A DNA stretch of 64,000 nt from an uncultured Gammaproteobacteria bacterium (GCA_964494885.1 CAZBTH010000002.1:29271-93270), one strand, 5' to 3'. Positions 19,560 to 29,467 are shown, numbered from the stretch's first letter. Notes: generated from the letters alone by a model not told the origin. Numbers and translations are program-made.

Positions 19560-19826
19560 TTAATTCCCAAACTCTCTACTTACCGGCAAGACACTTTGTT
19601 CTTGCTTTGTTTTTATCTTGATTAATAAAGCCTCAAGGGCTTCACCTGTAAGTGCTTGCCCCTCAACAGATTCACCACATTTTGGACACACAATCGAATC
19701 GTCAACCACCTTACCCTGGTAGCCACAACTAAAGCACTCAATGTCATGTGTAGCCCTACTCATGTCGTTATTGTACTCTAGGTTGTCAAATTTTGAAACT
19801 ACTGGTATTTTCAATTTATGACACAC
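19560..19826 (-). CDS. Small zinc-ribbon protein
   Basis: CFSCG...CPKCG double CxxC. Confidence 0.4.
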   Translation of the reverse strand: MCHKLKIPVVSKFDNLEYNNDMSRATHDIECFSCGYQGKVVDDSIVCPKCGESVEGQALTGEALEALLIKIKTKQEQSVLPVSREFGN

Positions 19827-19845
19827 TGAGTTAAAATACCTTATT

Positions 19846-20316
19846 ATGGTAATGGACCCCGAAGCAATTCAAGAAAACTTTGAATCTGACATGTACCAAA
19901 CGAAACGCCCTTCACTACCAGTTAGGGGCAAGGGGGCCGAAAGGCTAAGGATATACGAGACCGAAAAAGCCGAACAAGCAATTCAAAAACATGTACACTT
20001 TTTGGAATCGGATCAAAACCCAAAAACACGACAGGAAAAACTAGGCAAGTATTGGGGATGGGTCAATGAATGTATGAGAATGCGATACCTCCCCCAAACA
20101 GAAATTGAAGATTTTGAGATTTCTCAGACAGAAAACACAGTTACGGTACTTCACAAACCGTCACAATTGTCATCAACGTTTTCCGGAGCCAAAGACCAGC
20201 ACGAGAATGAGAAGGGTGCATACGAACGAATTTGGGGAATTCTCGAAGATCACAGAGATGCATGGAAACACAGGGTTTCCAAAAAATTCAAGGCAAGACA
20301 CAAAGTTATAAGTTAA
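19846..20316 (+). CDS. Hypothetical protein
   Basis: ORF only; start uncertain because only 19 bp separate it from the divergent upstream gene. Confidence 0.35.
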   Translation: MVMDPEAIQENFESDMYQTKRPSLPVRGKGAERLRIYETEKAEQAIQKHVHFLESDQNPKTRQEKLGKYWGWVNECMRMRYLPQTEIEDFEISQTENTVTVLHKPSQLSSTFSGAKDQHENEKGAYERIWGILEDHRDAWKHRVSKKFKARHKVIS

Positions 20317-20351
20317 TTAAATATTTTAGTTCTCTTACCAACTGTCTACAA

Positions 20352-20379
20352 TACTTTAATGATCTAGATCGTTAAAGTA
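20352..20379. repeat. 28-bp near-palindrome TACTTTAATGATCTAGATCGTTAAAGTA, 18 bp downstream of the second yerC-like gene
   Basis: Palindromic apart from one T/G position; the GATCTAGATC core is repeated in inverted form at 20853-20876. Confidence 0.7.
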
Positions 20380-20397
20380 TTTGCAGCAAAACTAGCC

Positions 20398-20844
20398 CTA
20401 GATTCCCTTCTTAAAACGGCTGATGTTTTTATTTCTTTGAAACACTTTTTTGTGATATTCACTTAAGGGTAAACCTTTTATTGGAATATTGAACATGCTT
20501 TGGATTTCCTCCCAAATTATTCTGGCCGAATCCCGCTTTAAAACATTCCCAACCACTTCATTCGTTCCCTTTTCTCCATACTTTATATGCAAATTCATTT
20601 TGGCAATCGTCGCCGTGGTAACATGCAAGATCCTTTTGATTTCCTCGTAACTGTTTCCTTTTGCCAAAAGTACTGCCAAAGCAAATCGTTTTGCCAACAT
20701 TATTTTTTCGGTAGGGGATAAGAAGTCATTTAGAAATATATCAAATTTCTCTTTGTTTTTGATTGAAAGAAGCGATTCACTAAAGAGGTTGAATATCCTA
20801 TCCCAAACTTCCGGTCTTAATTTAAACCTCGAAACCATTGTCAT
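20398..20844 (-). CDS. TrpR-like DNA-binding protein, YerC/YecD family (paralog 2)
   Basis: LSPTEKIMLAKRFALAVLLAKGNSYEEIKRILHVTTATIAKMN; same length and collinear with 11632-12078. Confidence 0.65.
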   Translation of the reverse strand: MTMVSRFKLRPEVWDRIFNLFSESLLSIKNKEKFDIFLNDFLSPTEKIMLAKRFALAVLLAKGNSYEEIKRILHVTTATIAKMNLHIKYGEKGTNEVVGNVLKRDSARIIWEEIQSMFNIPIKGLPLSEYHKKVFQRNKNISRFKKGI

Positions 20845-20852
20845 ATTAATAG

Positions 20853-20876
20853 TATATTGATCTAGATCATTAAACT
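20853..20876. repeat. Palindromic site TATATTGATCTAGATCATTAAAC, about 8 bp upstream of the second yerC-like start; includes a TATACT -10-like hexamer on the minus strand
   Basis: Shares TTTAATGATCTAGATC, in inverted orientation, with 20352-20379. Confidence 0.65.
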
Positions 20877-21004
20877 AAATGGGCTTAAAAAATCGTGATT
20901 ATTTATTAGGACATCAGCAGATGGTATCCGACAAAAATTCTAAAAAAGAATTTTCAGGTTAAGGTATTCTAGAAATTAAAGATTCTAATACCATCAAGTA
21001 AATA

Positions 21005-21649
21005 TCAAATATCAACCAATGGTTCCTTACTGTCTTTTACAAAGGCTTCATCGATTCTTTGCATTCCAATAAGATCCGGTTTAACCCTGATTAAATCTCC
21101 TCGTATAATACGATCTAAATATTTTTCTTTCAATGTTTCACTAAAAAGTTCAAATTCGCTATGGGGATCTGGATCACTCGGCTTAGGTTTAACAAAATGT
21201 CCAAATACATGCTCCCCATCTATTGTTGCATGAATGATGGGGTGTGCTGTGTTTGTTAGTTTATAAACAATCTCGACATCAGTAAACAACTCTGCACACG
21301 CAACGGCAAATAAAAAGGATGGTAACTTACAATCACGCCGCTCGGAATTATCAAGCTCCCGTACCTGCCCTCCTATTGTATTACATCCAGAGCGACGATC
21401 TTTAAACTGATAGTCAATTCCAACTTCTCGTCCTAGGTTCTCAAAAGTTTGTTTTTTGTAGTCTTCTGCAATATAACTTTTCGCATAAGCATGGGCGATG
21501 CCTTGCGCCTTAGAAAAATCTTCCACGGTACTTATTGGTAGCTCTCGAGGAATCCCAACCTTGTCTCTAGAATGTAGTCTGCGCACTCTTGTATATCCTC
21601 CATATTCCGTTCCCTCTTCAGCCCCCATGTTACTTTTCTCCTCTCCCAT
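21005..21649 (-). CDS. Hypothetical protein overlapping the recombinase gene by 20 bp and probably co-transcribed with it
   Basis: 214-aa ORF with no recognisable motifs. Confidence 0.45.
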   Translation of the reverse strand: MGEEKSNMGAEEGTEYGGYTRVRRLHSRDKVGIPRELPISTVEDFSKAQGIAHAYAKSYIAEDYKKQTFENLGREVGIDYQFKDRRSGCNTIGGQVRELDNSERRDCKLPSFLFAVACAELFTDVEIVYKLTNTAHPIIHATIDGEHVFGHFVKPKPSDPDPHSEFELFSETLKEKYLDRIIRGDLIRVKPDLIGMQRIDEAFVKDSKEPLVDI

Positions 21650-22661
21650 GGAATTGTTCGTGAATATCTCTTAATTGTTTATTGGTCACATGTGTATAAA
21701 TCTGAGTTGTAGAAATATTTTTGTGTCCCAACATCTCTTGTACCGAACGAATATCCGCCCCGGCGTTTAATAAATCAGTTGCGAAACTGTGTCTCATGAC
21801 ATGAGGCGTGACTTCCATCGGCATTTTCATTTTATGAGAATACTTTTTTATCATTCTCTGGACCGAGCGGGGAGTGAGTCTCATTTTTTCATCCGGCGTG
21901 GCCGGATCAGACTTCCCTTTGTGATGAATGAAAAGGGGTTTGTAGTGATCGCGCCTTTCATTTAAATATTTAATTAACCAATCAGTTGCACGGCTGGAAA
22001 GAAACACTACCCGAGCCTTTCCACCTTTTCCCACAATCCCGAATTCTTTTGTATCAAGGTTTACTTTGTCACGGTCAAGTTTGGTAAGTTCCGAAACACG
22101 AAGGCCTGTAGAAAATAAAACTTCCAAAATCGCTTTGTCCCGCTTACCCTGAATAGAATCTTGTGAGGGAGCATTCAGCATTCTGTCGACTTGCTCACCA
22201 CTTAAAAATTTTACCTGCCGTTCTTCCACCTTAGGCAAATCAATTTTATCCGGAGCCATAGCCTGAAAATCATTCCTAATAAGCCATTTAAGAAAACTTC
22301 TAAGAGCAATAACATGATAACTCTGAGTGCGGCGTCCCATTAGGTGACCATTTTCCCCAGGCAGGGTTGTTAAAAAAACTCTAAAACTCCTTACAATGTC
22401 CTGATTGATATCAATTATGTTTTCCCGGATTCCCTGAGATTCCATCCATAAAATAAGTCTGGATAAATAATGTCTGTAATTCCGAAGGGTTAGGGGAGAG
22501 GCGCCACGTTCTACCTGGAGATATTCCAAAAAGTCTTCAACCTTCTGAGCAATCTCTGAATTGTTAATTTGAGCAGACTGACTGTTTGCGAAACCCCTAC
22601 GAAGCCTTGGCGTAGTAGGGTTTGCAATTTCGCTTTGATTGATCGGTGCATTATCAACCAT
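21630..22661 (-). CDS. Tyrosine site-specific recombinase (XerC/XerD-like / phage integrase family) with a roughly 40-aa N-terminal extension
   Basis: EDFLEYLQVERGASPLTLRNYRHYL N-terminal SAM-like domain; catalytic R...HVMRHSFAT...LGHKNISTTQIYTHV (R-H-R-Y). Confidence 0.85.
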   Translation of the reverse strand: MVDNAPINQSEIANPTTPRLRRGFANSQSAQINNSEIAQKVEDFLEYLQVERGASPLTLRNYRHYLSRLILWMESQGIRENIIDINQDIVRSFRVFLTTLPGENGHLMGRRTQSYHVIALRSFLKWLIRNDFQAMAPDKIDLPKVEERQVKFLSGEQVDRMLNAPSQDSIQGKRDKAILEVLFSTGLRVSELTKLDRDKVNLDTKEFGIVGKGGKARVVFLSSRATDWLIKYLNERRDHYKPLFIHHKGKSDPATPDEKMRLTPRSVQRMIKKYSHKMKMPMEVTPHVMRHSFATDLLNAGADIRSVQEMLGHKNISTTQIYTHVTNKQLRDIHEQFHGRGEK

Positions 22662-22734
22662 AAAAAAGATACTTAATACTAAGATATTAAGATACTAAGG
22701 GCGGAGTGTCAATAACATTGTGCGACATTAACTA

Positions 22735-23454
22735 TTAAGATTGATAATAAAGTAAATCTTCAAATATGGAGATATTTGGAAAAAGGATGCGTCTTTCTCC
22801 GGCTAATCCCGCCAAATCTTCGTTCATGTTCGGAAATCCCAAAAAACCAATATCCGGAACTTTTTGAAGAAGAGTACGTGCGAGCTTCATTGAGTCATCC
22901 AAGTGAACCAGGCCCGGGTTTCTTTTATAAAGTTCTGCAACCCGCCGGGCTTTGAATTCATTTCCATCCAAAATAGAATTGGAATTAATACCGATATGGT
23001 CATTTGGAATCCAGGCAAAATTGCGGTTTAACCACATAAAAGTTGATTCAGCCAAAGTCGAAACTCTTGAAGTCGTAACAAATTGTTCTATGCCTCGCAG
23101 GTTAGCCACACGAGACAGACCTCTCAATTTTTGATTTGCCTCTCCCGCCAATAGAATCTTCGGATCTGTCCATACATGCCGTTCATATTCGAAGGCGTCA
23201 TTTTTGTTCATTAATCCATCTTCAACAAGCCAGTTGGCAACACTATTCCAACCGATTATCTTCCGGCCCGAAAAATTTGTTCCAAGGTCTTTATCAACAT
23301 AACCCAAAACCGGAATTTCTGTTTGTGCTAAAACCTGATCGATGTCCCAACTTATTACCAATTTTTTTTGATTTAAATTTACAATTCCGAATAAATATAT
23401 CCGCTGTGAGTAACTTAACGTGTCGAGATAATATTGGACAATTTCTTTTGGCAT
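22735..23454 (-). CDS. Hypothetical protein, possibly HAD-like
   Basis: ISWDIDQV resembles HAD motif I (DxDxV); weak. Confidence 0.3.
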   Translation of the reverse strand: MPKEIVQYYLDTLSYSQRIYLFGIVNLNQKKLVISWDIDQVLAQTEIPVLGYVDKDLGTNFSGRKIIGWNSVANWLVEDGLMNKNDAFEYERHVWTDPKILLAGEANQKLRGLSRVANLRGIEQFVTTSRVSTLAESTFMWLNRNFAWIPNDHIGINSNSILDGNEFKARRVAELYKRNPGLVHLDDSMKLARTLLQKVPDIGFLGFPNMNEDLAGLAGERRILFPNISIFEDLLYYQS

Positions 23455-23982
23455 TTCGGTAAATATACAGCTTATGATTAGTTATATCAAATTGAGGCTA
23501 AATGCGACCTCACCAAATCGATTTTAAAGCCCCTCTAAACCAAAAGACGACTAGATAGTCATCCAATTAAGGTCGTATTTACGGTATAAATGTGTAATTA
23601 GCCTATTTTAAAATACTTTTGTATGAAAGGTGGGGGAGAGCAATGGTGAGCGAAGTCAAACCCTTCGGTCTTTATTCGGAAGAAGTATTTTATGGAAAAA
23701 ACTAAAAATAGAGTATTTATACAATCTCAAAACATAAAAGATGAAAATTAAAAGCTAAAAGTTTTTTTATAATAACATAAGAAGTACTACACTACATCAC
23801 CAAAATTATTCTGCGTCGCAAAAGTATTATTGTGCGACATTCTATAATTAGCCTTCTCCATGAACGATCACTATATACACATATGGCATTGCGTAATAGG
23901 GTTAAACAAGCCCAAATACTAAACGTATAAAGGATACCTATTCCCTCATGAAGAAGTATCAATTTATCGCTCAACTACTTAG

Positions 23983-23991
23983 TTATCCACA
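23983..23991 (+). promoter_or_regulatory. Perfect consensus DnaA box TTATCCACA in an 800-bp AT-rich intergenic region
   Basis: Exact 9-mer; I found no clustered boxes, so origin function is not supported. Confidence 0.25.
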
Positions 23992-24161
23992 CTACAAGAG
24001 AAGAACATCGGGCCGGTATAATCTTGAGCTTGTTTAATATATCAATCTATATCACCTTCTCGCTGAGGAGCTGTTGTGTTTTCTTCGGGTTGACAAATAC
24101 GTCGCATTTCGTGAAAACAACCTGTAATTTTCGTGAAAAACTCATTGATTGAAGTAGTTAT

Positions 24162-24179
24162 ACCCTATAATTATAGGGT
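24162..24179. repeat. Perfect 18-bp palindrome ACCCTATAATTATAGGGT
   Basis: The reverse complement is identical; lies next to a 40-nt polypyrimidine tract (24181-24221). Confidence 0.7.
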
Positions 24180-24257
24180 GTTCCCTTCACCTCCTCCCCT
24201 CTCTTCTTCACTTTCCTGTCCAAAATTTTTAATTCTTAATTCTTAATTATTATTTTT

Positions 24258-25028
24258 TTAGCCTCCCCAATGAGTGGCAATAAACATTGCTATTAAAACT
24301 AAAGTACCCACCACGAGGTGCTCTCTAACGATTGTCGGAAAAAGACGGGCCTCAAGTTTGGCCTGACCAAGTCCTAATAGCATGTAGAAACTTACGGTCA
24401 AAAAAAGCGATCCCACCATTACGGTTACCGGCCAAAAATATAAAGCACCACCAATTTCGGCGGTTACAAGCGAGCAAATTAATGAAAGGGTTAGCATGTC
24501 TTTCGAGAATTCTTTCTCCAAAACTACCGACCAAAAACCCTGAAAGAAAAGTGGCAGAGAAATAATAAATATGAGAGGAATCAAATAATATATTTCCACC
24601 TTAAGGGAAAGTACTGCATCAAAAACAAAAAAGGAAGTAACTAGGGTGAGAACAAAACCCACTCCCCTCGCCGCTCGCAAAAGAGCAATTGTACGGATTG
24701 CTGCCACAGAATAAATATTCATTGTGAGGCTCAACACATACATCCCGACTGCATAAAATATCACAATCGGTATTCGTGTAAAAACGCTTGCGGGAAGAAG
24801 AAACCAGAAAATCCCAACACCCAACGTAAAGGCTGTAGGAAGAACAAGCGTCAGAAGGGTCATATCTCGCCCCAAGCTCCCCCACAACGACCAACCAAAA
24901 AGAACGGTAGTAAGAAGTCCTAAAGCACCTATTGCCCAAAGTCTGTTTACATCGGTTAAAAACTGAATACCGACAAAGCCAAAAGAAAGTAAAAGTGAGG
25001 CGATAACAAAACGACGGCGTTTAGACAT
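24258..25028 (-). CDS. Polytopic membrane protein (about 8 TM helices)
   Basis: Hydrophobicity pattern only. Confidence 0.45.
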   Translation of the reverse strand: MSKRRRFVIASLLLSFGFVGIQFLTDVNRLWAIGALGLLTTVLFGWSLWGSLGRDMTLLTLVLPTAFTLGVGIFWFLLPASVFTRIPIVIFYAVGMYVLSLTMNIYSVAAIRTIALLRAARGVGFVLTLVTSFFVFDAVLSLKVEIYYLIPLIFIISLPLFFQGFWSVVLEKEFSKDMLTLSLICSLVTAEIGGALYFWPVTVMVGSLFLTVSFYMLLGLGQAKLEARLFPTIVREHLVVGTLVLIAMFIATHWGG

Positions 25029-25031
25029 ATT

Positions 25032-25778
25032 CTAGATACTAGTAGCTAGTTTATTCATGACTTCATCCGGAATTTCGACATTGGAAAAAACTTTTTGTAC
25101 ATCTTCAAGCTCGTCTAGTGCATCCAAAAATTTAACGACTTTAGACGCTTGGGTTGGGTCTGAGATTACCTGTAAATTCTTGGGCTTCATCTGAAGTTCG
25201 ACTTGAATTATTTCAAAACCTTTAGCTAGTAGATCTTTGTGTACGTCTCCAAGTTTTTCAGAAGCAGTATAAATCTCAATACCATCATCGGTCTCATTCA
25301 CATCTTCTACTCCTGATTCGATTAGGGAAAGCATTTCACCCTCAGGATCATCGGTTTTTTTTACGAGAATAAAACCTTTGCTTTCAAAATTGAATGAAAC
25401 TGCTCCCGGCCCAGCCAAATTTCCTCCATTTTTATCGAAAACATTTTTCATCTCTTGGGCCGTTCTGTTTTTATTATCACTTGCAACATTGACCATTACA
25501 GAAATCCCAGCAGGCCCAAAACCTTCGTAAATGATTTCCTCCAGGCTGGCAGCGTCTGTGGAAGCCTTTGCAATCGCACGATCAATATTTTCTCTTGGCA
25601 TACTTACACTCCTAGCCTTGTCGATTTCAAATCTCAACTTGAAGTTCATGTCAGGGTCTGCTCCGCTTTTTGCAGCTATCATAATTGCACGAACAATTTT
25701 GCTAAAAACATTCCCCTTGGCCGCATCGTTTATAGCCTTCTGTCTTTTAATGGTTGCGAAATGACTATGACCACTCAT
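25032..25778 (-). CDS. yebC: YebC/PmpR family transcriptional regulator. I moved the start to the internal Met (MSGHSHF)
   Basis: MSGHSHFATIKRQKAINDAAKGNVFSKIVRAIMIAAKSG matches the YebC/TACO1 N-terminus. Confidence 0.85.
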   Translation of the reverse strand: MSGHSHFATIKRQKAINDAAKGNVFSKIVRAIMIAAKSGADPDMNFKLRFEIDKARSVSMPRENIDRAIAKASTDAASLEEIIYEGFGPAGISVMVNVASDNKNRTAQEMKNVFDKNGGNLAGPGAVSFNFESKGFILVKKTDDPEGEMLSLIESGVEDVNETDDGIEIYTASEKLGDVHKDLLAKGFEIIQVELQMKPKNLQVISDPTQASKVVKFLDALDELEDVQKVFSNVEIPDEVMNKLATSI

Positions 25779-25909
25779 ACCAATCGTTATTATACCCAAG
25801 AAACTCGAGTTTGCATAGCAAACGAGAACTTTCGGGTATATAATTTCTTGCGAAAAGTCGCAAACTCAAGCAAGAGGAGTATATATCAGAATTTCACATC
25901 GCAAAGTAC

Positions 25910-26656
25910 TTGACAGAAACTTCTCTCTCTTTATACTCAATTACAATAGTGGAAAACACTCTTGCCCAAAAAGCTATAGATTTCGCCCTAAGCGGACAGT
26001 GGAGCGCGGCAATTAAAATTAACCTCCAAATAATTGAAGATAATCCCCAAGATGTAGACGCTCTAAATAGGTTAGCTAGGGCCCACTCAGAGCTTGGCAA
26101 ACTTCAAGAGGCGAGAAGTGCTGCATTGAAAGTTATTACGATCGATCCCCTAAATCCAATTGCCCTTAAATGTTTGGAGAAATGGAAAGATTTAAAAAGC
26201 TTGGGGAAAAATCACTCCCAAGTCGTAAGCGTCGATTCTTTCCTGGAAGAACCTGGCAAAACAAAGCTCGTCTCTTTGCTTAATACCGGGGACGAAAGGA
26301 CTTTTGCAACCACCGATCCAGGGGAAGAGGTAAAGCTTTCTACCAATGGCCACAGGGTTACAATCTTGACCCAAGAAAACAGATACCTTGGACGTCTTCC
26401 CGATGATATTTCGGCCCGGATTAAGAATTTAATTAAAGACGGGTATAAATACCAGGTACTTATAAAGTCAATAGACCCCAAAGATGTAACCGTCTTTATG
26501 AGAGAAGTGGAAAAAGGAAAAGGAGATAATAAAATGGTTTCATTCCCTACCGAGAAAATTGAATATGTGAGCTTTACACCACCAGAATTGGTCCACAAAG
26601 ACGAACCATTCGAAAGTGGTGAAGATTTAGAAGAGGTGGAGGGGTTTAATACCTAA
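25910..26656 (+). CDS. TPR-repeat protein
   Basis: Repeated 34-residue TPR-like helices in the N-terminal half. Confidence 0.5.
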   Translation: MTETSLSLYSITIVENTLAQKAIDFALSGQWSAAIKINLQIIEDNPQDVDALNRLARAHSELGKLQEARSAALKVITIDPLNPIALKCLEKWKDLKSLGKNHSQVVSVDSFLEEPGKTKLVSLLNTGDERTFATTDPGEEVKLSTNGHRVTILTQENRYLGRLPDDISARIKNLIKDGYKYQVLIKSIDPKDVTVFMREVEKGKGDNKMVSFPTEKIEYVSFTPPELVHKDEPFESGEDLEEVEGFNT

Positions 26657-27622
26657 TTAAAAAGTTTTAGAAAACTCCGAACCCAATCTAACCTCTAAAT
26701 CAAAGTCTGTATTTTCGGGCACACCCTTACATCCGAATAAGTTCACCACTTTCTTAACTAATTCTTTATCTCTACCAGATATCTCGCAAACAAAGCCGCG
26801 CACCCCCTGACTTTTATCAATCGATACAACTTTGCCACCCATTACTTCAAATATCCTCCCCACTTCTTGTGAAATATCAGACCGTCCCGTTGAGTCAACG
26901 ATATAAATTTTAATATTTTTCCCGGTAAGAGCAGGCTTAATAAAATCATTATCGGTAAAATAAACAGTCAGACGACCAGAGGTCTCACCCGGAATTATAA
27001 AGCCAGATTCTCCGTCGGTCAGGGTCTGTTTGACAACAAATTGGCTCTTTGCCAAATCGATTTCTGTTTTATTCAGATTTTTAACTTTTAACGAAAAAAG
27101 GGCGACAGAAATTCTGTCTCCAAACGCGATATTCGTCATTTTCGGAAAGAAAACAAATTTAAAAAGATTGGGTAAATTATTTTTCCCAACACTTCGTCCT
27201 AATTCGTCTGACCATAGAAAAACGGGGAAAGAAAAATTTTTGGCTATAGTTTTAACTAAAATTTGCCCGCCAAACTTTTCATTTATGCCAAGCTGCCATA
27301 CATTTTTAATTCTCATCATTCCGTAATTCATAGCAAGCAGAACTTCAGTGTCTCCCGGAATCACCATCGTGGCCATCTCATTTACCGCAGGCTCCAACAC
27401 TGTAACACCTACATTGCCGTTATCGTCGGGAAACACAAAGGCAAACTTATTACGCCCATCCCAAAAATGTTTATTCAAAACAACCACCAAAAACGCGATC
27501 AAGATTAAAAACAATCCGAGGATGGGAAGAATAAACCTCTTACGCCACAACGAAGGTAGTGATTTTCTCTCCTTTCTCTTTAAATAGGCGCTCCTCCGGG
27601 CAGATTTCATAATTTTAGGCAC
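26657..27622 (-). CDS. Membrane-anchored protein with a LytR_C-like C-terminal domain (possibly LCP family)
   Basis: N-terminal TM helix; C-terminal IKIYIVDSTGRSDISQEVGRIFEVMGGKVVSI resembles the LytR_C fold. Confidence 0.4.
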   Translation of the reverse strand: MPKIMKSARRSAYLKRKERKSLPSLWRKRFILPILGLFLILIAFLVVVLNKHFWDGRNKFAFVFPDDNGNVGVTVLEPAVNEMATMVIPGDTEVLLAMNYGMMRIKNVWQLGINEKFGGQILVKTIAKNFSFPVFLWSDELGRSVGKNNLPNLFKFVFFPKMTNIAFGDRISVALFSLKVKNLNKTEIDLAKSQFVVKQTLTDGESGFIIPGETSGRLTVYFTDNDFIKPALTGKNIKIYIVDSTGRSDISQEVGRIFEVMGGKVVSIDKSQGVRGFVCEISGRDKELVKKVVNLFGCKGVPENTDFDLEVRLGSEFSKTF

Positions 27623-27642
27623 TAGGTACTAGTAACTAGATA

Positions 27643-29340
27643 CTAGTTTCTGTTCTGTGAATGGGAAACTCTTAAACTTTTTACCGCTTCGGAAATTTCG
27701 TCTCTGTTTTTACCCTTACTTATAAGAACGCTTCTAACAATTTCAATTGCGGCCTCAAACTCCGGTTGAACTATTTTGTCAACCCTGAGAGTTTTAAGTT
27801 TCTCCCAATCTTTATCTTCGTGGGCCCTAGAAATAATCTTTACATTCGGAGCAACGGTCTGCACATAGGTAATTAATGTTTCTTGGGCGACTCTATCGGG
27901 AATTGCCAATATGACCGCCTTAGCCTGTCTGATCCCAACCGCCTCCAAAACTTCGGGTTCGGTTGGGTCCCCATATAAAACGGATATCCCTCCTTCTGTT
28001 AATTCATTTACAACATTCTGGTTATATTCAACTACCACGAAAGGTATGTCAAAAGTCGAAAGGGCGCGTCCTACCCACTTCCCTACCCGCCCATAACCAC
28101 AAATTATTATATGATCCGAAAATCCGGTATCTGAGCTATCTCCACGCTTCTCACCCGAAGAAAAAAATTTTCCTAAGGCCGGCCATTTGCTGGTAATATC
28201 TCTCGTCTTTCTCCAGAAAGGTACTACTTTATCGAAAAGAAGTGGTGCAATTATAAGTGTAAGCAAGGTCACTGAGATTCCCAAAGAAGTATCACTTGCG
28301 CTTATCAATTTAAGTCCCAAGGCAGTCGAAAAAATTACAAAAGCAAATTCTCCAACTTGGGCTAGTCCAAAACTATTGGCAATTCCCGTCCTACCTTTAT
28401 ATCCAAATAAAACGCTTATCAAAAAAACTACCACCACCTTAACAACAACAACCATCAACGCCACTGCAATTATCAGTGGGAATTTTACGATTACCACTGA
28501 AGGTGTTACCAAAAATCCCATCGTAACAAAAAACAATGCAACAAATAGATCTCTTAAGGGTCGCGTTTCTGCAAAAATGGCATGATGTTCCTGAGATTCA
28601 GATATAACAATTCCCGCGAGGAAAGCCCCAAGAGCGGGAGAAATTCCAAAAAAAGATGTACCGGCAGCTGTTCCGAAAGCAATTCCAACCGATGTCAAAA
28701 GTAGCAATTCTCTAGAATTGGCCTCAGCTACAAAATGTATTATGTATGGCACAACAAGTTTTCCTAAAATAACCGCGGCAGATATTACAAGAGTTGCCTT
28801 TACCAAAGATAAAATAATTAAACCTGCTACCCCGTCCCCGGCATGACCTAAAATCGGCAAAATTACCATAATAGGAATTACAGCCAAATCTTGAACCAGA
28901 AGCCAAGCAACCGTGACTCCACCGTGGATAGTTCCAGTCTCCCCGCGGTCACTTAGTATCTTGACGCAAACCGCAGTTGAAGAAAGCGAAAAACCGACAG
29001 ACAAAATTAATGACGTCGTAGGATTCATACCAAAACCGACAAGAAGTAAATAACTAATAGCCGTTACTAAAACAATTTGAATTAACGCCCCAAATACCGC
29101 AACCTTAAAGAACTTTGACAATCTATCAAAGGAAAGCTCAACACCTATTGAAAACAAAAGAAGAATAATTCCAATTTCTGCCAAAGATGATGCTGATTTT
29201 AGGTTTTCGGGTAAAACAGACCCAACCATGATCCCCATAACAATGTATCCAACAAGAGGTGGAAGTTTTAAAAATTTTGCTAAGACACCTCCGGCAACGG
29301 CAGCGACAACTATCAAAAAGAGTCCAAGAACTATTTCCAT
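27643..29340 (-). CDS. Monovalent cation:proton antiporter (CPA2, Kef-type) with a C-terminal RCK/TrkA-N domain
   Basis: 12-13 TM helices; Rossmann GYGRVGKWVGRAL motif in the C-terminal domain. Confidence 0.8.
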   Translation of the reverse strand: MEIVLGLFLIVVAAVAGGVLAKFLKLPPLVGYIVMGIMVGSVLPENLKSASSLAEIGIILLLFSIGVELSFDRLSKFFKVAVFGALIQIVLVTAISYLLLVGFGMNPTTSLILSVGFSLSSTAVCVKILSDRGETGTIHGGVTVAWLLVQDLAVIPIMVILPILGHAGDGVAGLIILSLVKATLVISAAVILGKLVVPYIIHFVAEANSRELLLLTSVGIAFGTAAGTSFFGISPALGAFLAGIVISESQEHHAIFAETRPLRDLFVALFFVTMGFLVTPSVVIVKFPLIIAVALMVVVVKVVVVFLISVLFGYKGRTGIANSFGLAQVGEFAFVIFSTALGLKLISASDTSLGISVTLLTLIIAPLLFDKVVPFWRKTRDITSKWPALGKFFSSGEKRGDSSDTGFSDHIIICGYGRVGKWVGRALSTFDIPFVVVEYNQNVVNELTEGGISVLYGDPTEPEVLEAVGIRQAKAVILAIPDRVAQETLITYVQTVAPNVKIISRAHEDKDWEKLKTLRVDKIVQPEFEAAIEIVRSVLISKGKNRDEISEAVKSLRVSHSQNRN

Positions 29341-29467
29341 ATATATTCAGTCTAAAGAAGGATCTTCTTTGTGTAAAGGGGTTGTGAAATACAGAACAAA
29401 CAAATAAGCAAATTATAAATCTACTAATAAATATCCGAATGGCTGAATCAGTAAATAATTTGAATAT

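Noticed and set aside
23983-23991. Chromosomal replication origin at the AT-rich 23455-24257 region
   Set aside because: There is only a single consensus DnaA box and no dnaA/dnaN nearby. That is insufficient, so I report it only as a motif.
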